Shown: positions 52,973 to 62,965, numbered from the stretch's first letter. The stretch: DNA of 64,000 nt from Alphaproteobacteria bacterium (GCA_017626035.1 JAGAJR010000016.1:41272-105271), one strand, 5' to 3'. Notes: a model not told the origin generated them from the sequence alone. Translations and numbers: made by a program.

Positions 52973-54664
52973 ATGGTTTTAAGAGCGGTTAAGATATTTT
53001 TTGTTGGGGCGGTAATGCTGTTGGTTGCCGGAAAAAATGCTTATTCTCAGGCAACGATGGGAAGTCTTGATCAAAATGCCGATCAAAGCCAGGGACAGTA
53101 TATGCCGATGAATATGGGATACGCCGGTTTTAACTCTTTGGGTATGGTGCAGAGTGCGTGGCTGGATCCGCTTCAGAACTTGGGTGAAGGACAGTCTAAG
53201 CCTGCTTATTCCAGATATTATTGGTCTCCGGATTTGGTATTGCCGATACGTCTCCGCGAAGGAATGATGACATTGATTAACTTTCCGGAATGGGAAATGG
53301 TTGAGGATATGTTCATCGGTGATAATTCATCTTTTGACGGTCAGATTACCGGTCCTAATACGATCTTGCTCTATCCTCGGAAAGGGGCGAATGTCGGTGT
53401 GGATACAAACATTATCATCTTTGGTCGTTCCGGAAACCGCTATGTGTTCTATGTTAAGAGTGAAGGTGTAAATACCGAAAGGTTGACAAACTCCATTATT
53501 GATATTGATGTCATTGACGGACCCTCGGGGTCGCGGGGTGCCGGAGTAAGCGGAGCCCGCAGCAATGGCGGAAGATCAGGGGTTAATGCCAGTTCTCTCA
53601 AAGGCGGCAGCGGGCTTTCTGTAGATTCTACTTTTACCAAACGCTTTGGTAAAAATGACTGGATTAAAGAAATTCCTTTGGATCCGACAAAGTTTAGATT
53701 TGACATTGAAGTTTATGTTCCAAACCCGGATGATGTGGTAATTGCACCGGAAAGAGTTTGGAGAGATGATATCTTTACTTATATTGATTTGGGCGAAAAG
53801 GCTCTGAATATGACACAGCGTCCGATTGTAACCCTTATTGTCGAAAGAATTGAGGTGCCGGTGGGCTTTAGAACCAAGGGGCCGAATAACCGTTTGATTA
53901 TTGTTGAAGGTATCGGCGATATGGTTATGAGAAACGGAAAGCGTATTATCTGCTTGAAAATGCGTCGTTCTGATGACTATGGAATGGAAATGGCAACTTA
54001 TGCAACTGATTTTGAAGACAGTTCGTGGGATGTTGCTCCGAAATTGCCGGGCGGACGTCAGAGTAACAGCCAGGGCGGAGCCGGATATAACGGCGGTAAC
54101 GGTGGTTTCGGCGGTGCCGGTTCTAATGACGGATTTGATGAAGTCGGCGGTGATTCTCCGGGAGATTACGGAAATTATCCGGGAGCTCCGGGACAATATG
54201 ACATCAAAGTCGGCAATAGTGAAATTATTGCTCGGAACAATGCTCAAGGCGGTGATGTCAGTGTCGGTTACCAAGGTCAGGGACAACCGTCCGGAAACTT
54301 TGATTACTCAAAGATGCAGCGGATTAGCAATAATCATAATTATAACAGCGGTGCTTTGGGCGGTAACGGTCAGTTCAGCTATGGTTCCGGTTTCTCTGAC
54401 GGAGGTTCGAATATTTCAATCGAGCTTGGAACGGATGCTGATGTCGGAAATCTTGAAAAATTATGGAGCGGCCTGACTAAGAAATATCCGGATATTCTCA
54501 ATCGGTATGAGCCGTTCTTCTCTGTAGATGCTCCGGCGGACGGACAGGGAAAAGAGTTGTTCCACCTGCGTGTCGGACCGGTTAATTCTCTTGATGACGG
54601 AGATTCTGTCTGCAGCAAACTGGGTCGAAACGGTGTATTTTGTAGTGTAGTCAGGACGCAATGA
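52973..54664 (+). CDS. virB9: VirB9/CagX-family T4SS protein fused to a C-terminal SPOR domain
   Basis: The VirB9 N-domain contains PIRLREGMMTLINFPEWEMVEDMFIGD...TNIIIFGRSGNRYVFYV. The VirB9 C-domain contains IAPERVWRDDIFTYIDLG...IVTLIVE...GKRIICL. A G/N-rich linker follows. The last ~84 aa (ISIELGTDADVGNLEKLW....FHLRVGPVNSLDDGDSVCSKLGRNGVFCSVV) are SPOR-like. The ATG at 52973 is preferred over the GTG at 52961. Confidence 0.8.
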   Translation: MVLRAVKIFFVGAVMLLVAGKNAYSQATMGSLDQNADQSQGQYMPMNMGYAGFNSLGMVQSAWLDPLQNLGEGQSKPAYSRYYWSPDLVLPIRLREGMMTLINFPEWEMVEDMFIGDNSSFDGQITGPNTILLYPRKGANVGVDTNIIIFGRSGNRYVFYVKSEGVNTERLTNSIIDIDVIDGPSGSRGAGVSGARSNGGRSGVNASSLKGGSGLSVDSTFTKRFGKNDWIKEIPLDPTKFRFDIEVYVPNPDDVVIAPERVWRDDIFTYIDLGEKALNMTQRPIVTLIVERIEVPVGFRTKGPNNRLIIVEGIGDMVMRNGKRIICLKMRRSDDYGMEMATYATDFEDSSWDVAPKLPGGRQSNSQGGAGYNGGNGGFGGAGSNDGFDEVGGDSPGDYGNYPGAPGQYDIKVGNSEIIARNNAQGGDVSVGYQGQGQPSGNFDYSKMQRISNNHNYNSGALGGNGQFSYGSGFSDGGSNISIELGTDADVGNLEKLWSGLTKKYPDILNRYEPFFSVDAPADGQGKELFHLRVGPVNSLDDGDSVCSKLGRNGVFCSVVRTQ

Positions 54665-57600
54665 GCAAAGAAGTATTAACACGTTCCGAAACTTATGTAA
54701 GAAAAACCAACCGCATTATTCTTGCGGTTGGTATTACTTCGTTTGTAATCTTTGTTTTTGGTGTTATGCTTCTTATTCAAAGCAACGAAGTTGTTGATGA
54801 CTATCAGGAACCTGTTTTTACGGATAATGATGATGCCTTAAACATCGGAGAAGTCAAACCTCTGGAGAATAATCTGGAGTTTGGAAATGTTGACGACGGC
54901 GAGATTCCGATTACAACGACGCCAAATCCCGTTAATATGGGGCAAGTGGTTTTGGGAACTGATGCTCGTAATGTATTGACAATCGGAACAAACGGCAAGG
55001 CCTCCATAACGATTAGTTCCGTACAGTTGGCGGAACCTCCGTTTGACGGTTTCAGTTTTCATGATGATTGCAGCGGAAAAACACTGAGAGGTAATGAACA
55101 TTGCGATATTACCATGTCGTGGGTGCCGATTGTCGCCGGAAATGTTCAAAACAATTTTATTGTTTCGTGGCATGAATCAAACTTAAGCGTCAGCAATGCA
55201 AAATCGGAAAAAATTCCGGTTGACGGAAATGCCATCCGTAAAGAAGATTGTAACTTTTGTGAAACGGCTTTGCCGAAAGACGGCGAGGTTGAACAGAAAA
55301 GTGCCTCAAAATTACGGGCAATCATCGGACCGAACGGAGAAATCATCGGCTATGCGGATGAAGACGGCTATGTTCGCGATAAGGACGGCAACATTATCGG
55401 CCGTGTTAATGCCAACGGAATGGCCGTTGATGAAGATGGCAACATTATCGGCGTGGCCGATAACCGCAAACTTGTTTATGATGAATTCGGCAATGTGATT
55501 GGCTATGTTAATCCTGACGGAACGGTTGTAGACAAAGACGGAAACGTTATCGGAAGAATGTTGCCGGACGGGACGGTTGTTGATGCTAACGGCAATGTTA
55601 TCGGTAAAGCTGTCGATGCCGGTTATGTGTATGACAAGGACGGCAATATTATCGGAAGAGTTCTTCCGGACGGAACGGTTGTCGATATGGACGGTAATGT
55701 TATCGGGCGTCTGAATGAAAACGGCGAGGTTGTTGATGCCAACGGCAATGTGATTGGTTATGTCAGCAAGCCGGGACGGGTGGCTGTCGATGAAAACGGT
55801 AATGTTTTGGGTGTGGTTATGCCGAACGGAGCGGTTGTGGATGCCAACGGCAACCTTGTCGGCTATGTTGATGAAAACGGTAATGTCGTTAAAGATAAAA
55901 CTTTGGGAAGCAATCGGCGTTTTGCTTATGATAAAGACGGTAATATTATCGGGTACATTGATGAAAACGGCAATGTAATTGATGCCAACGGCAATATCAT
56001 CGGCAGAATGCTGGAAGACGGCACCGTTGTTGATTTGGACGGCAATGTAATTGGCGAGGCCGGAGATGTTACGGCCGGTCCGATGCGTCGTTTGGCTTAT
56101 GATAAAGACGGCAATGTCATCGGTTATATTGATGAAAACGGTAATGTTGTTGATTTTAACGGCAATATTATCGGAAAAATGCTGGAAGACGGTACTTTAG
56201 TCGATATGGACGGTAATGTTATCGGCAAGGCCGGGGAATATGCAAATCTGGCTTTGGATAAATACGGCAATGTGATTGGTTATGTAAAGCCGGACGGAAC
56301 AATTGTCGATAAAGACGGCAACGTCATCGGTAAGGTCTCCGATATGACGGTAGGGCCGCAACGTCGTCTGGCTTATGATAAAGACGGCAATGTCATCGGT
56401 TATATTGATGAAAACGGTAATGTTGTTGATTTTAACGGCAATATTATCGGAAAAATGTTGGAAGACGGTACTTTAGTGGATGCTGACGGCAATGTCATCG
56501 GTCGTGCCGGAGAATACGTCAATCTGGCTTTGGACAAGAACGGAAAAGTTATTGGTTATGTCAGTGCCGACGGAAAAGTATATGATCTTAACGGTAATGA
56601 AATAGGCTATATTGATGAAAGCGGAAATATTGTCAGCAATGAACGCTATAAAATCGGCGGATTGGTTGAAACTCAGATGATTCCGGTCATGGCTTCCGGA
56701 GAAATTTTGGGAACAGTCAATAATAACGGTACCGTTGAAAATGAAAGACAGCAGATTGTCGGACGAATTCTTTCCAATGGGTTGGTCAAAGATCCTTCCG
56801 GTTCCAAAGTCATTGCCCGGTTGGTGCGAGGCGGCCTGGTAGTCGGTTACGGATGTAAAAACATCGGGTATCTGGAACGGGATGGAAAAATCCGCAAATC
56901 TAATCAGGATACCGGATACAAAGTCGGAAGCGACGGAATTGTAACCGACAGTTCGGGAACTTACATCGGTGAGGTCGTTTCTCCGGGAAAAGTTTTTGAT
57001 AATTCCTGCACACTTTTAGGTGAAGTCGGAACAGACGGAATTGTTCGCGGCGGCTCCAATAATTATGTCGGCTGTGTCAATCCGGACGGAACGGTTTTGG
57101 ATGAAAAGGGAGACATTATCGGTGGTACGGTTAAAAGCGGGATAGCCCTTTCTTATGACGGAGAATATCTGGGCAAAGTTTCACCTGACGGTTTGGTAAT
57201 ATCTCCGGCGTTGCTTCCGGTCGGCTGTGTCGGCACATACGGTGATGTTTTCAGCCGTAACGGCGGATATATCGGAAAAATTCTCGAAAACAAATATGCT
57301 TTTGACTTGGACGGAAACTTTCTGAATATGGTTGGCGAAGACGGCAAGGTTTATGTTGCGGGACAGGCTCCGGCCAGATTATTGGCAAATAATCTTATTG
57401 TGGATGATAATAACACGATTATCGGTATGGCTATGGGCGAAAAAACGGCGATAGTCAGTCCGGACGGCAAAGTTCTCGGACGTTTGTTCCCGGATGGTTA
57501 TGTTTATAGTGATAAAGGTGTGGCCGTAGGAAAAATCAACGGAGACGGCATGAGCTTTTATAACAAACAAATCGGGCGTCCGATGCCGAAAGGCGAAGTG

Positions 57601-58521
57601 GTTGATTTTAACGGAAAGCGTCTCGGTAAAGTCAGCGGAGACGGAACGGTTGTTAACCGTTTCGGCGAAACTCTGGGTAAAATCGATGCCAAAGGAAACC
57701 TGCTTGATTACAAAGGCGAATATAAGGGAGCCGCTTTGCTTCGCGGTGCCGCCATCGGCTATGACGGAGCTTATCTGGGATATAGTCTGGCAGACGGAAG
57801 CATAATCAACCTCGACGGAAAGAACGAAGGAAAAGCCAGTGCCGACGGCAAAGTTCTTGATGCTCAAAATAATGTTATCGGCGAAATTCTTCCGGAAAAC
57901 ATTGTGGTAGACATCTGGGGCAATTATAAAGGGCGTATCAACTCTTTGGGCGATGTGTTTGATTTGAAAAACGACAATATTACCGCCATTTTGCCGGGTG
58001 GTTCTACGGATAAAAACCTCAGCCTTCTGAAAAGAGGAGCCGTGATTGATTTTGGCGGAAACGTCATTGGCACCGTTGCTCCGGACGGAAGGGTAATTGA
58101 CACGGAAAACGTGGCAATCGGCAGAGTGCTGTCTGACGGAAACGTGATTAGCCGAGCCGGAAAATTAATCGGGGAAGTGGTTGAAGGTGATATTGTTATT
58201 GATAACTCGGATAAAGTTGTGGGATATGTTAATTTTGATGGTAAAATCATCGGCAAGGACAAGAGCGTTATCGGCCGGGCTTTGTCGGGAGATTTGGCTA
58301 TTGACAATAATGACAGTATTCTGGGCAGAATTTATAAAATAGGGGCTACTATTTTAGGAAACGACGGAAACTATGTCGGACGATTGTCTCCGGAAGGCGA
58401 AGTTGTCGATGTTAACGGAAAAAATATCGGTTACATCAAAAATAACGGCTCTTTTATAGATTTGGATAAAAAAGTATCGGGGTACGCCCTTCAGGAAGTG
58501 GCTAAAAACCGGAGGAACTGA
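54661..58521 (+). CDS. Giant (1286 aa) bitopic repeat protein built from DG-x-(V/I)IG units
   Basis: N-terminal cytoplasmic tail plus one TM helix (IILAVGITSFVIFVFGVMLLI), a VirB10-like topology. A beta-rich domain follows. From ~55321 to the end there are dozens of short repeats such as VDKDGNVIGRMLPDGTVVDANGNVIGKA. ATGA overlap with virB9. Confidence 0.75.
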   Translation: MSKEVLTRSETYVRKTNRIILAVGITSFVIFVFGVMLLIQSNEVVDDYQEPVFTDNDDALNIGEVKPLENNLEFGNVDDGEIPITTTPNPVNMGQVVLGTDARNVLTIGTNGKASITISSVQLAEPPFDGFSFHDDCSGKTLRGNEHCDITMSWVPIVAGNVQNNFIVSWHESNLSVSNAKSEKIPVDGNAIRKEDCNFCETALPKDGEVEQKSASKLRAIIGPNGEIIGYADEDGYVRDKDGNIIGRVNANGMAVDEDGNIIGVADNRKLVYDEFGNVIGYVNPDGTVVDKDGNVIGRMLPDGTVVDANGNVIGKAVDAGYVYDKDGNIIGRVLPDGTVVDMDGNVIGRLNENGEVVDANGNVIGYVSKPGRVAVDENGNVLGVVMPNGAVVDANGNLVGYVDENGNVVKDKTLGSNRRFAYDKDGNIIGYIDENGNVIDANGNIIGRMLEDGTVVDLDGNVIGEAGDVTAGPMRRLAYDKDGNVIGYIDENGNVVDFNGNIIGKMLEDGTLVDMDGNVIGKAGEYANLALDKYGNVIGYVKPDGTIVDKDGNVIGKVSDMTVGPQRRLAYDKDGNVIGYIDENGNVVDFNGNIIGKMLEDGTLVDADGNVIGRAGEYVNLALDKNGKVIGYVSADGKVYDLNGNEIGYIDESGNIVSNERYKIGGLVETQMIPVMASGEILGTVNNNGTVENERQQIVGRILSNGLVKDPSGSKVIARLVRGGLVVGYGCKNIGYLERDGKIRKSNQDTGYKVGSDGIVTDSSGTYIGEVVSPGKVFDNSCTLLGEVGTDGIVRGGSNNYVGCVNPDGTVLDEKGDIIGGTVKSGIALSYDGEYLGKVSPDGLVISPALLPVGCVGTYGDVFSRNGGYIGKILENKYAFDLDGNFLNMVGEDGKVYVAGQAPARLLANNLIVDDNNTIIGMAMGEKTAIVSPDGKVLGRLFPDGYVYSDKGVAVGKINGDGMSFYNKQIGRPMPKGEVVDFNGKRLGKVSGDGTVVNRFGETLGKIDAKGNLLDYKGEYKGAALLRGAAIGYDGAYLGYSLADGSIINLDGKNEGKASADGKVLDAQNNVIGEILPENIVVDIWGNYKGRINSLGDVFDLKNDNITAILPGGSTDKNLSLLKRGAVIDFGGNVIGTVAPDGRVIDTENVAIGRVLSDGNVISRAGKLIGEVVEGDIVIDNSDKVVGYVNFDGKIIGKDKSVIGRALSGDLAIDNNDSILGRIYKIGATILGNDGNYVGRLSPEGEVVDVNGKNIGYIKNNGSFIDLDKKVSGYALQEVAKNRRN
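55915..56637 (+). repeat. In-frame tandem long repeats (171 + 276 + 276 bp) inside the 1286-aa gene
   Basis: Units start at 55915, 56086 and 56362, and each opens with RR(F/L)AYDKDGN(I/V)IGYIDENGNV. From 56095 and 56371 the DNA is identical for ~87 bp, and ~108 bp with one mismatch. Confidence 0.8.
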
Positions 58522-58523
58522 GT

Positions 58524-61500
58524 TTGAAACGGAATAATTTTTATAGTCTTTTCGGTAAAATTGCCCAAACCTTTACGGTTGCGGCAGTTTGCTTTTTTAT
58601 GTCTGTTTCTCATGCCGAAGCTCAGGAAATTACGGCGATAGATTTTAACGGCGATCTGCTGGGAAAAGTTATTCCGGACGGTAAAGTCGTCAGCTTGGAT
58701 AACCAACTGATTGGTAATGTTACCGCCGACAGCTTGATTGTAAACTTTGACGGAGAATTGATAGGTGGTGTTATTCCTCAGGGAATTGCCATCGGAAATG
58801 ACAATAAACTGCTGGGTAAGGTTAATAACGACGGTTCCGTGCGTATGTCATCCGGAAAAATCATCGGAAAAGTTTTGCCGACAGGTTTGGTAATTGACGA
58901 TTATTTTGACGTTATCGGTGCGGTTTTGTTTCCGGGATTGGTTTATTCCGACGGAGGACGGACAGTCGGCCGTTTGACTGGTGATGGTTTATACACTAAT
59001 TTGCAGGGGCAGGAGATTGGTTTTGTTTCTCCTGACGGTTACGCTTATCGCCGGGTTGGAACGGATTATGTGCTCGACGGCCGTTTGATTTCATCCAAAA
59101 TGGTGGTTTCCGAAAGCGGAGAATTTATCGGCAGTGTTACCCCGGGAGGGAATATTACTGATTTTGACGCCGTAACAATCGGTTTTATTAAGGCAAACGG
59201 GTTTGCTTACAATGAAAACAATACGATTATCGGCCGTATTGTTCGTTCGGGATACGCTTTTGATAATTTTGGCCGCTATATCGGCTTTGTAACCTACAAC
59301 GGAGAAGTCCTTGATAAAGACAAATTAGTCGGACATTTACGTTCTGACGGTAAGATTGCCGGAGAAAAAGGCGAGATTATCGGGTTTAGTGTTGACATTT
59401 CGGCAACGGCGACGGATTCTACCGGAAAATTCTTAGGCCGTGTTATGCCGAACGGAAAAATTTATCGAGCCAGAGAAGAAGCCGGAGTATTAGGGGCTAA
59501 AGGTATTGTTTATAATAAAGACGGAAATGCCGTCGGGCAGATTGTCCGGTCAGGTCCGGTTTTTGACTATAAAGGATCTTTGGTTGCTCATGCTTTGAAA
59601 AACGGTAAGGTTATTTTGCTGGAAGGAACGCCGACGGGATATGTTATCGGCAACAAGGCTTATGACAACAACGGCCGTTTAACCGGTGCGACGCTTGATG
59701 AACTTTTGGTGGTTAACGGAAATAATAAAGCATTGGGAATTGTCGGTATTAACGCTTCTGTTTTTGACGGAGACGATCGCCGTATTGTTTCCCCGTTCGG
59801 ATATGTTTTTAATACAGACGGAGGGATTAACGGTTCCGCTTTGCCTTTGGGGGCAATCTATAACATCAGCGGTATTCCTGTTTCGGAAATTTCCCCGAAC
59901 GGAGAATTGTATAATAAAGGAAGCCTGGCTCTTGGCAAGTTGACGCAAAGCGGCGTTAATATTGATGAGAGAAACCGGATACTCGGTAAAAATGTTTGTC
60001 CGCTGTTTGTTGTAGATGAGAGCGGAAGTTCCTTGGGAAATTTATCGGAAGGAAATTTGGTTTTAAATAAGGGATTAAAAATAACGGCAAAGGTTTTGCC
60101 TGATAATTCCGTTGTTCCTGCCTCTGAAGAGGATTCTGTTGATTTAAGCCCGAAAACGGGAAATGCCTATCAAAATAATATCGTGATAAGTTATACTGGA
60201 AACCTTTTAGGATATACCAATGATGACGGCAGTGTTCGTGATTTTAACGGCAACCGTTTGGGTAAAGTTTCCGGTCGAGGGATGGTTGTTGATAATAACG
60301 GTTCGGTTATCGGCGGACTGATAGGATATGATACGGTTATTGACGATGATTGCACGATGATTGGCGTAATCGACCCGAAAGGCGAAATCAAAAACTTCCG
60401 CAATGTCAGTATGGGACGGATTTTGTTAAACGGTCAGGCTGTTTCTGAAAGCGGAAATTATATCGGTTATGCGGTAAATGCCCAATCCGTAGTCGATTAC
60501 AGCGGAAATGTTCTCGGCGTCGCTTCTGCCGGAGGCCGGGTTTTGAACTATGCGGATGAACAATTAGGTTGTCTGAACAAGAAAAAACTTTTGAAAAATG
60601 CCGATAATACAATCATCGGCGGCAGTGTTGAATATTATCCGGTAATGAATTTTAACGGAACGGTTATCGGCCGCAGTATTTTGGACGGTTCGGTCGTTAA
60701 TGATAAAAGTATGGTTATCGGCTATATGCAGCCGGATGGTAACGTTAATTCCAAAACCGGTGTTCCTGTCGGTGGTTTGTTCAAATATAAAGTCGCTTTT
60801 GACGACAATAACAAATTTATCGGCCGCGTTTTGGAAAACGGCAAAGTTGTCAATGCCGGAAATGAGGAAATCGGACAAGTTGATTTTGTCGGTTACGTTT
60901 CCAATAAAGACGGAGCCAAAATAGGGTATGCTTTGTATGATTTTTATATCTATGACAACAACTTCTCCGTTATGGGATATATTAACAAAGACGGCACAGT
61001 TCTCTCCCTGTTGGGGCAAAAGCTCGGAACCTTGGATCGTGGTTTTCTGATTGACAGGGGCGGACAGGTCATCGGCCGGGGCAATCGTGATTTTTATATC
61101 AGGGATGAAAGCAATTTGGTTTTGGGTGAATTAAGTTTGGACGGCGAGTTGGTTAATGTGTCCGGCGAAGTTCTCGGAACAATCAATAAAGAGGGAAATA
61201 TTTTGGATGCCGAAGGCAAAACCATTGCCACGGCCAAACCGTTGCAGTTTTATAATCTGACGCTTGATCGCCAGAAAGTATATGATGAAAACGGCAATTT
61301 AATCGGCTATGTCAATAAAGACGGCAGCGTTGTTGATGAAAACGGCAAACTCATCGGTTTGGTTAATGATGACGGTATCGTTATTTCCGCCAACGGCAAC
61401 ATTATCGGCGGCACATCTCTGGATTGGTATGAAAAAGCCCCTCAAACTGCTCCGAAAGACAATAAACTGCCGGAAGTCGGAGTTAATGAATATCAGGAAA

Positions 61501-62951
61501 TCAAGGAAAAATACCGTAAGTCTTTAGGAATAGCTTTGACGCCGGATGGAGAATATCTCGGAGAAATTATGGAAGACGGCAATGTGGTCGATAAAAGCGG
61601 CAACGTTTTAGGGCATAAAATGCCGGATGGTTTGGTTATTGATAACGACGGAACATTAATTGGTATTGAAGAAGCCAGTAAGCCGAATACGGACGGAATG
61701 TTTATTCCGGCGGGAACTTTCGGCAGTGGTGGAGCTTACGGCGTAGGAGCCGGTTCGGGAACTAATTTGGGACCGGGCGGCGGTTTCGGACCGGGAGAAC
61801 GTTACGATCCGCAGCGTGCGGCTGCTTTGGATGCTGCTCAAAATCAACGTCGTCAGGGAATGGCTGTCGGCAAAATAAGTACCAATGTCCGTAAAGAAGC
61901 TTTTGACGGTTATCAGAAAAACTGGGATGAACAAGGCGTTTCCAAGGCTATTTCTTCATGGCGGGTTAAGTTAGACGAGATGATTTTTGCGGATAAGCCT
62001 ATTCCGGCCGTATTATCCCGTTCTATCGACAGCAACAATCCTACCCCGATTACCGCTTTTGTGGAGAGAAATATTTATGCGGAAGAGGGGCGAAACATCA
62101 TTATTCCGGCGGGAAGCCGTTTGGTCGGAACTTTGGGCGGCTTGACCGGAACCACGGAAACTACTTCTCAGTCTGCAAAAGTTCAAATCTCCTGGGAACG
62201 CTTGATTCGTCCGGATGGCGTATTGTTTACTTTTGCTGGTATTACGGCCGACGCACAGGGACGAGGCGGTGCTCTGGGTTATTTGGATCAACAGTTGTTT
62301 AAGAAATATACACTGCCGATTATGACAACGGCGTTAACCAGCTATACCTCTTACTTAATGGCTGAAGATGACAAGAGCAGCGGCGAGACGGAAAGCTCCA
62401 GACAGCAGGCGGCTAATGATGCTCGTCAAAACTTCTTAAATGAGATGAACCAAGTGTTTGAACAGATTTTGGCGGATAAAACCAACATTAAGCCTTTGAC
62501 TTATGTTCCTGCCGGAACCAGAATTATTGTCTTCCCGAATGTGGATTTGTGGATGAGAACCGAAGAACGCGATGCTGAGGCAAGCACCGGACAGGGTAGT
62601 AAGAAAGACGTCTTCATTGATGATGAAAAAGTTTCAAATGACAGAAAACTGCAAGAAAACAAACGTGCGGTTAATATCAGTGCAAGCTCTGCTTCTCAGG
62701 CCGGAAATGTTCTGTATGAGGCTGATGATGCCGGTGTTGAGGCTGTGGATGCTCCGCCTAAATTGATTGATGACAGCTCGGTTAAAAATAAAAAGAAGGC
62801 CAAAGGACAGCCTACAAATCCGGGTTTGGTAAGCGGCAGCACGCCGCCTCCGCCGCCGACGTATTCGACAACGCCGGGAGCCAATAATGCTTCCTCGGGA
62901 AGTTCCAACAGTAACCAGAACAGCGACAGCAGTGTCCCGCAATTATTCTGA
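58524..62951 (+). CDS. virB10: Giant VirB10/TrbI-family protein (1475 aa) with ~1000-aa DG-x-x-IG repeat region (CagY-like architecture)
   Basis: N-terminal signal/anchor, degenerate DG..IG repeats (~58630-61670) and a Gly-rich linker. The canonical VirB10 core lies at ~61940-62555 (IPAVLSRSIDSNNPTPITAFVERNIY...IIIPAGSRLVG...ISWERLIRPDG...GALGYLDQQ...VPAGTRIIVFPNVDL). A P/S/N-rich tail follows. TTG start after GGAGGA. Confidence 0.85.
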   Translation: MKRNNFYSLFGKIAQTFTVAAVCFFMSVSHAEAQEITAIDFNGDLLGKVIPDGKVVSLDNQLIGNVTADSLIVNFDGELIGGVIPQGIAIGNDNKLLGKVNNDGSVRMSSGKIIGKVLPTGLVIDDYFDVIGAVLFPGLVYSDGGRTVGRLTGDGLYTNLQGQEIGFVSPDGYAYRRVGTDYVLDGRLISSKMVVSESGEFIGSVTPGGNITDFDAVTIGFIKANGFAYNENNTIIGRIVRSGYAFDNFGRYIGFVTYNGEVLDKDKLVGHLRSDGKIAGEKGEIIGFSVDISATATDSTGKFLGRVMPNGKIYRAREEAGVLGAKGIVYNKDGNAVGQIVRSGPVFDYKGSLVAHALKNGKVILLEGTPTGYVIGNKAYDNNGRLTGATLDELLVVNGNNKALGIVGINASVFDGDDRRIVSPFGYVFNTDGGINGSALPLGAIYNISGIPVSEISPNGELYNKGSLALGKLTQSGVNIDERNRILGKNVCPLFVVDESGSSLGNLSEGNLVLNKGLKITAKVLPDNSVVPASEEDSVDLSPKTGNAYQNNIVISYTGNLLGYTNDDGSVRDFNGNRLGKVSGRGMVVDNNGSVIGGLIGYDTVIDDDCTMIGVIDPKGEIKNFRNVSMGRILLNGQAVSESGNYIGYAVNAQSVVDYSGNVLGVASAGGRVLNYADEQLGCLNKKKLLKNADNTIIGGSVEYYPVMNFNGTVIGRSILDGSVVNDKSMVIGYMQPDGNVNSKTGVPVGGLFKYKVAFDDNNKFIGRVLENGKVVNAGNEEIGQVDFVGYVSNKDGAKIGYALYDFYIYDNNFSVMGYINKDGTVLSLLGQKLGTLDRGFLIDRGGQVIGRGNRDFYIRDESNLVLGELSLDGELVNVSGEVLGTINKEGNILDAEGKTIATAKPLQFYNLTLDRQKVYDENGNLIGYVNKDGSVVDENGKLIGLVNDDGIVISANGNIIGGTSLDWYEKAPQTAPKDNKLPEVGVNEYQEIKEKYRKSLGIALTPDGEYLGEIMEDGNVVDKSGNVLGHKMPDGLVIDNDGTLIGIEEASKPNTDGMFIPAGTFGSGGAYGVGAGSGTNLGPGGGFGPGERYDPQRAAALDAAQNQRRQGMAVGKISTNVRKEAFDGYQKNWDEQGVSKAISSWRVKLDEMIFADKPIPAVLSRSIDSNNPTPITAFVERNIYAEEGRNIIIPAGSRLVGTLGGLTGTTETTSQSAKVQISWERLIRPDGVLFTFAGITADAQGRGGALGYLDQQLFKKYTLPIMTTALTSYTSYLMAEDDKSSGETESSRQQAANDARQNFLNEMNQVFEQILADKTNIKPLTYVPAGTRIIVFPNVDLWMRTEERDAEASTGQGSKKDVFIDDEKVSNDRKLQENKRAVNISASSASQAGNVLYEADDAGVEAVDAPPKLIDDSSVKNKKKAKGQPTNPGLVSGSTPPPPPTYSTTPGANNASSGSSNSNQNSDSSVPQLF

Positions 62952-62965
62952 CAGGAGAATGGGAA

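Noticed and set aside
53576-54286. 236-aa minus-strand ORF and 167-aa plus-strand alternative frame within virB9
   Set aside because: The annotated frame carries recognisable VirB9 and SPOR motifs. The alternatives lie in the G/N-rich low-complexity stretch, where open frames arise by chance.
55321-61670. Highly repetitive DNA considered as a CRISPR array or non-coding satellite
   Set aside because: The repeats are short, degenerate, of variable spacing and maintain a single open reading frame encoding DG..IG units. There is no repeat-spacer regularity.
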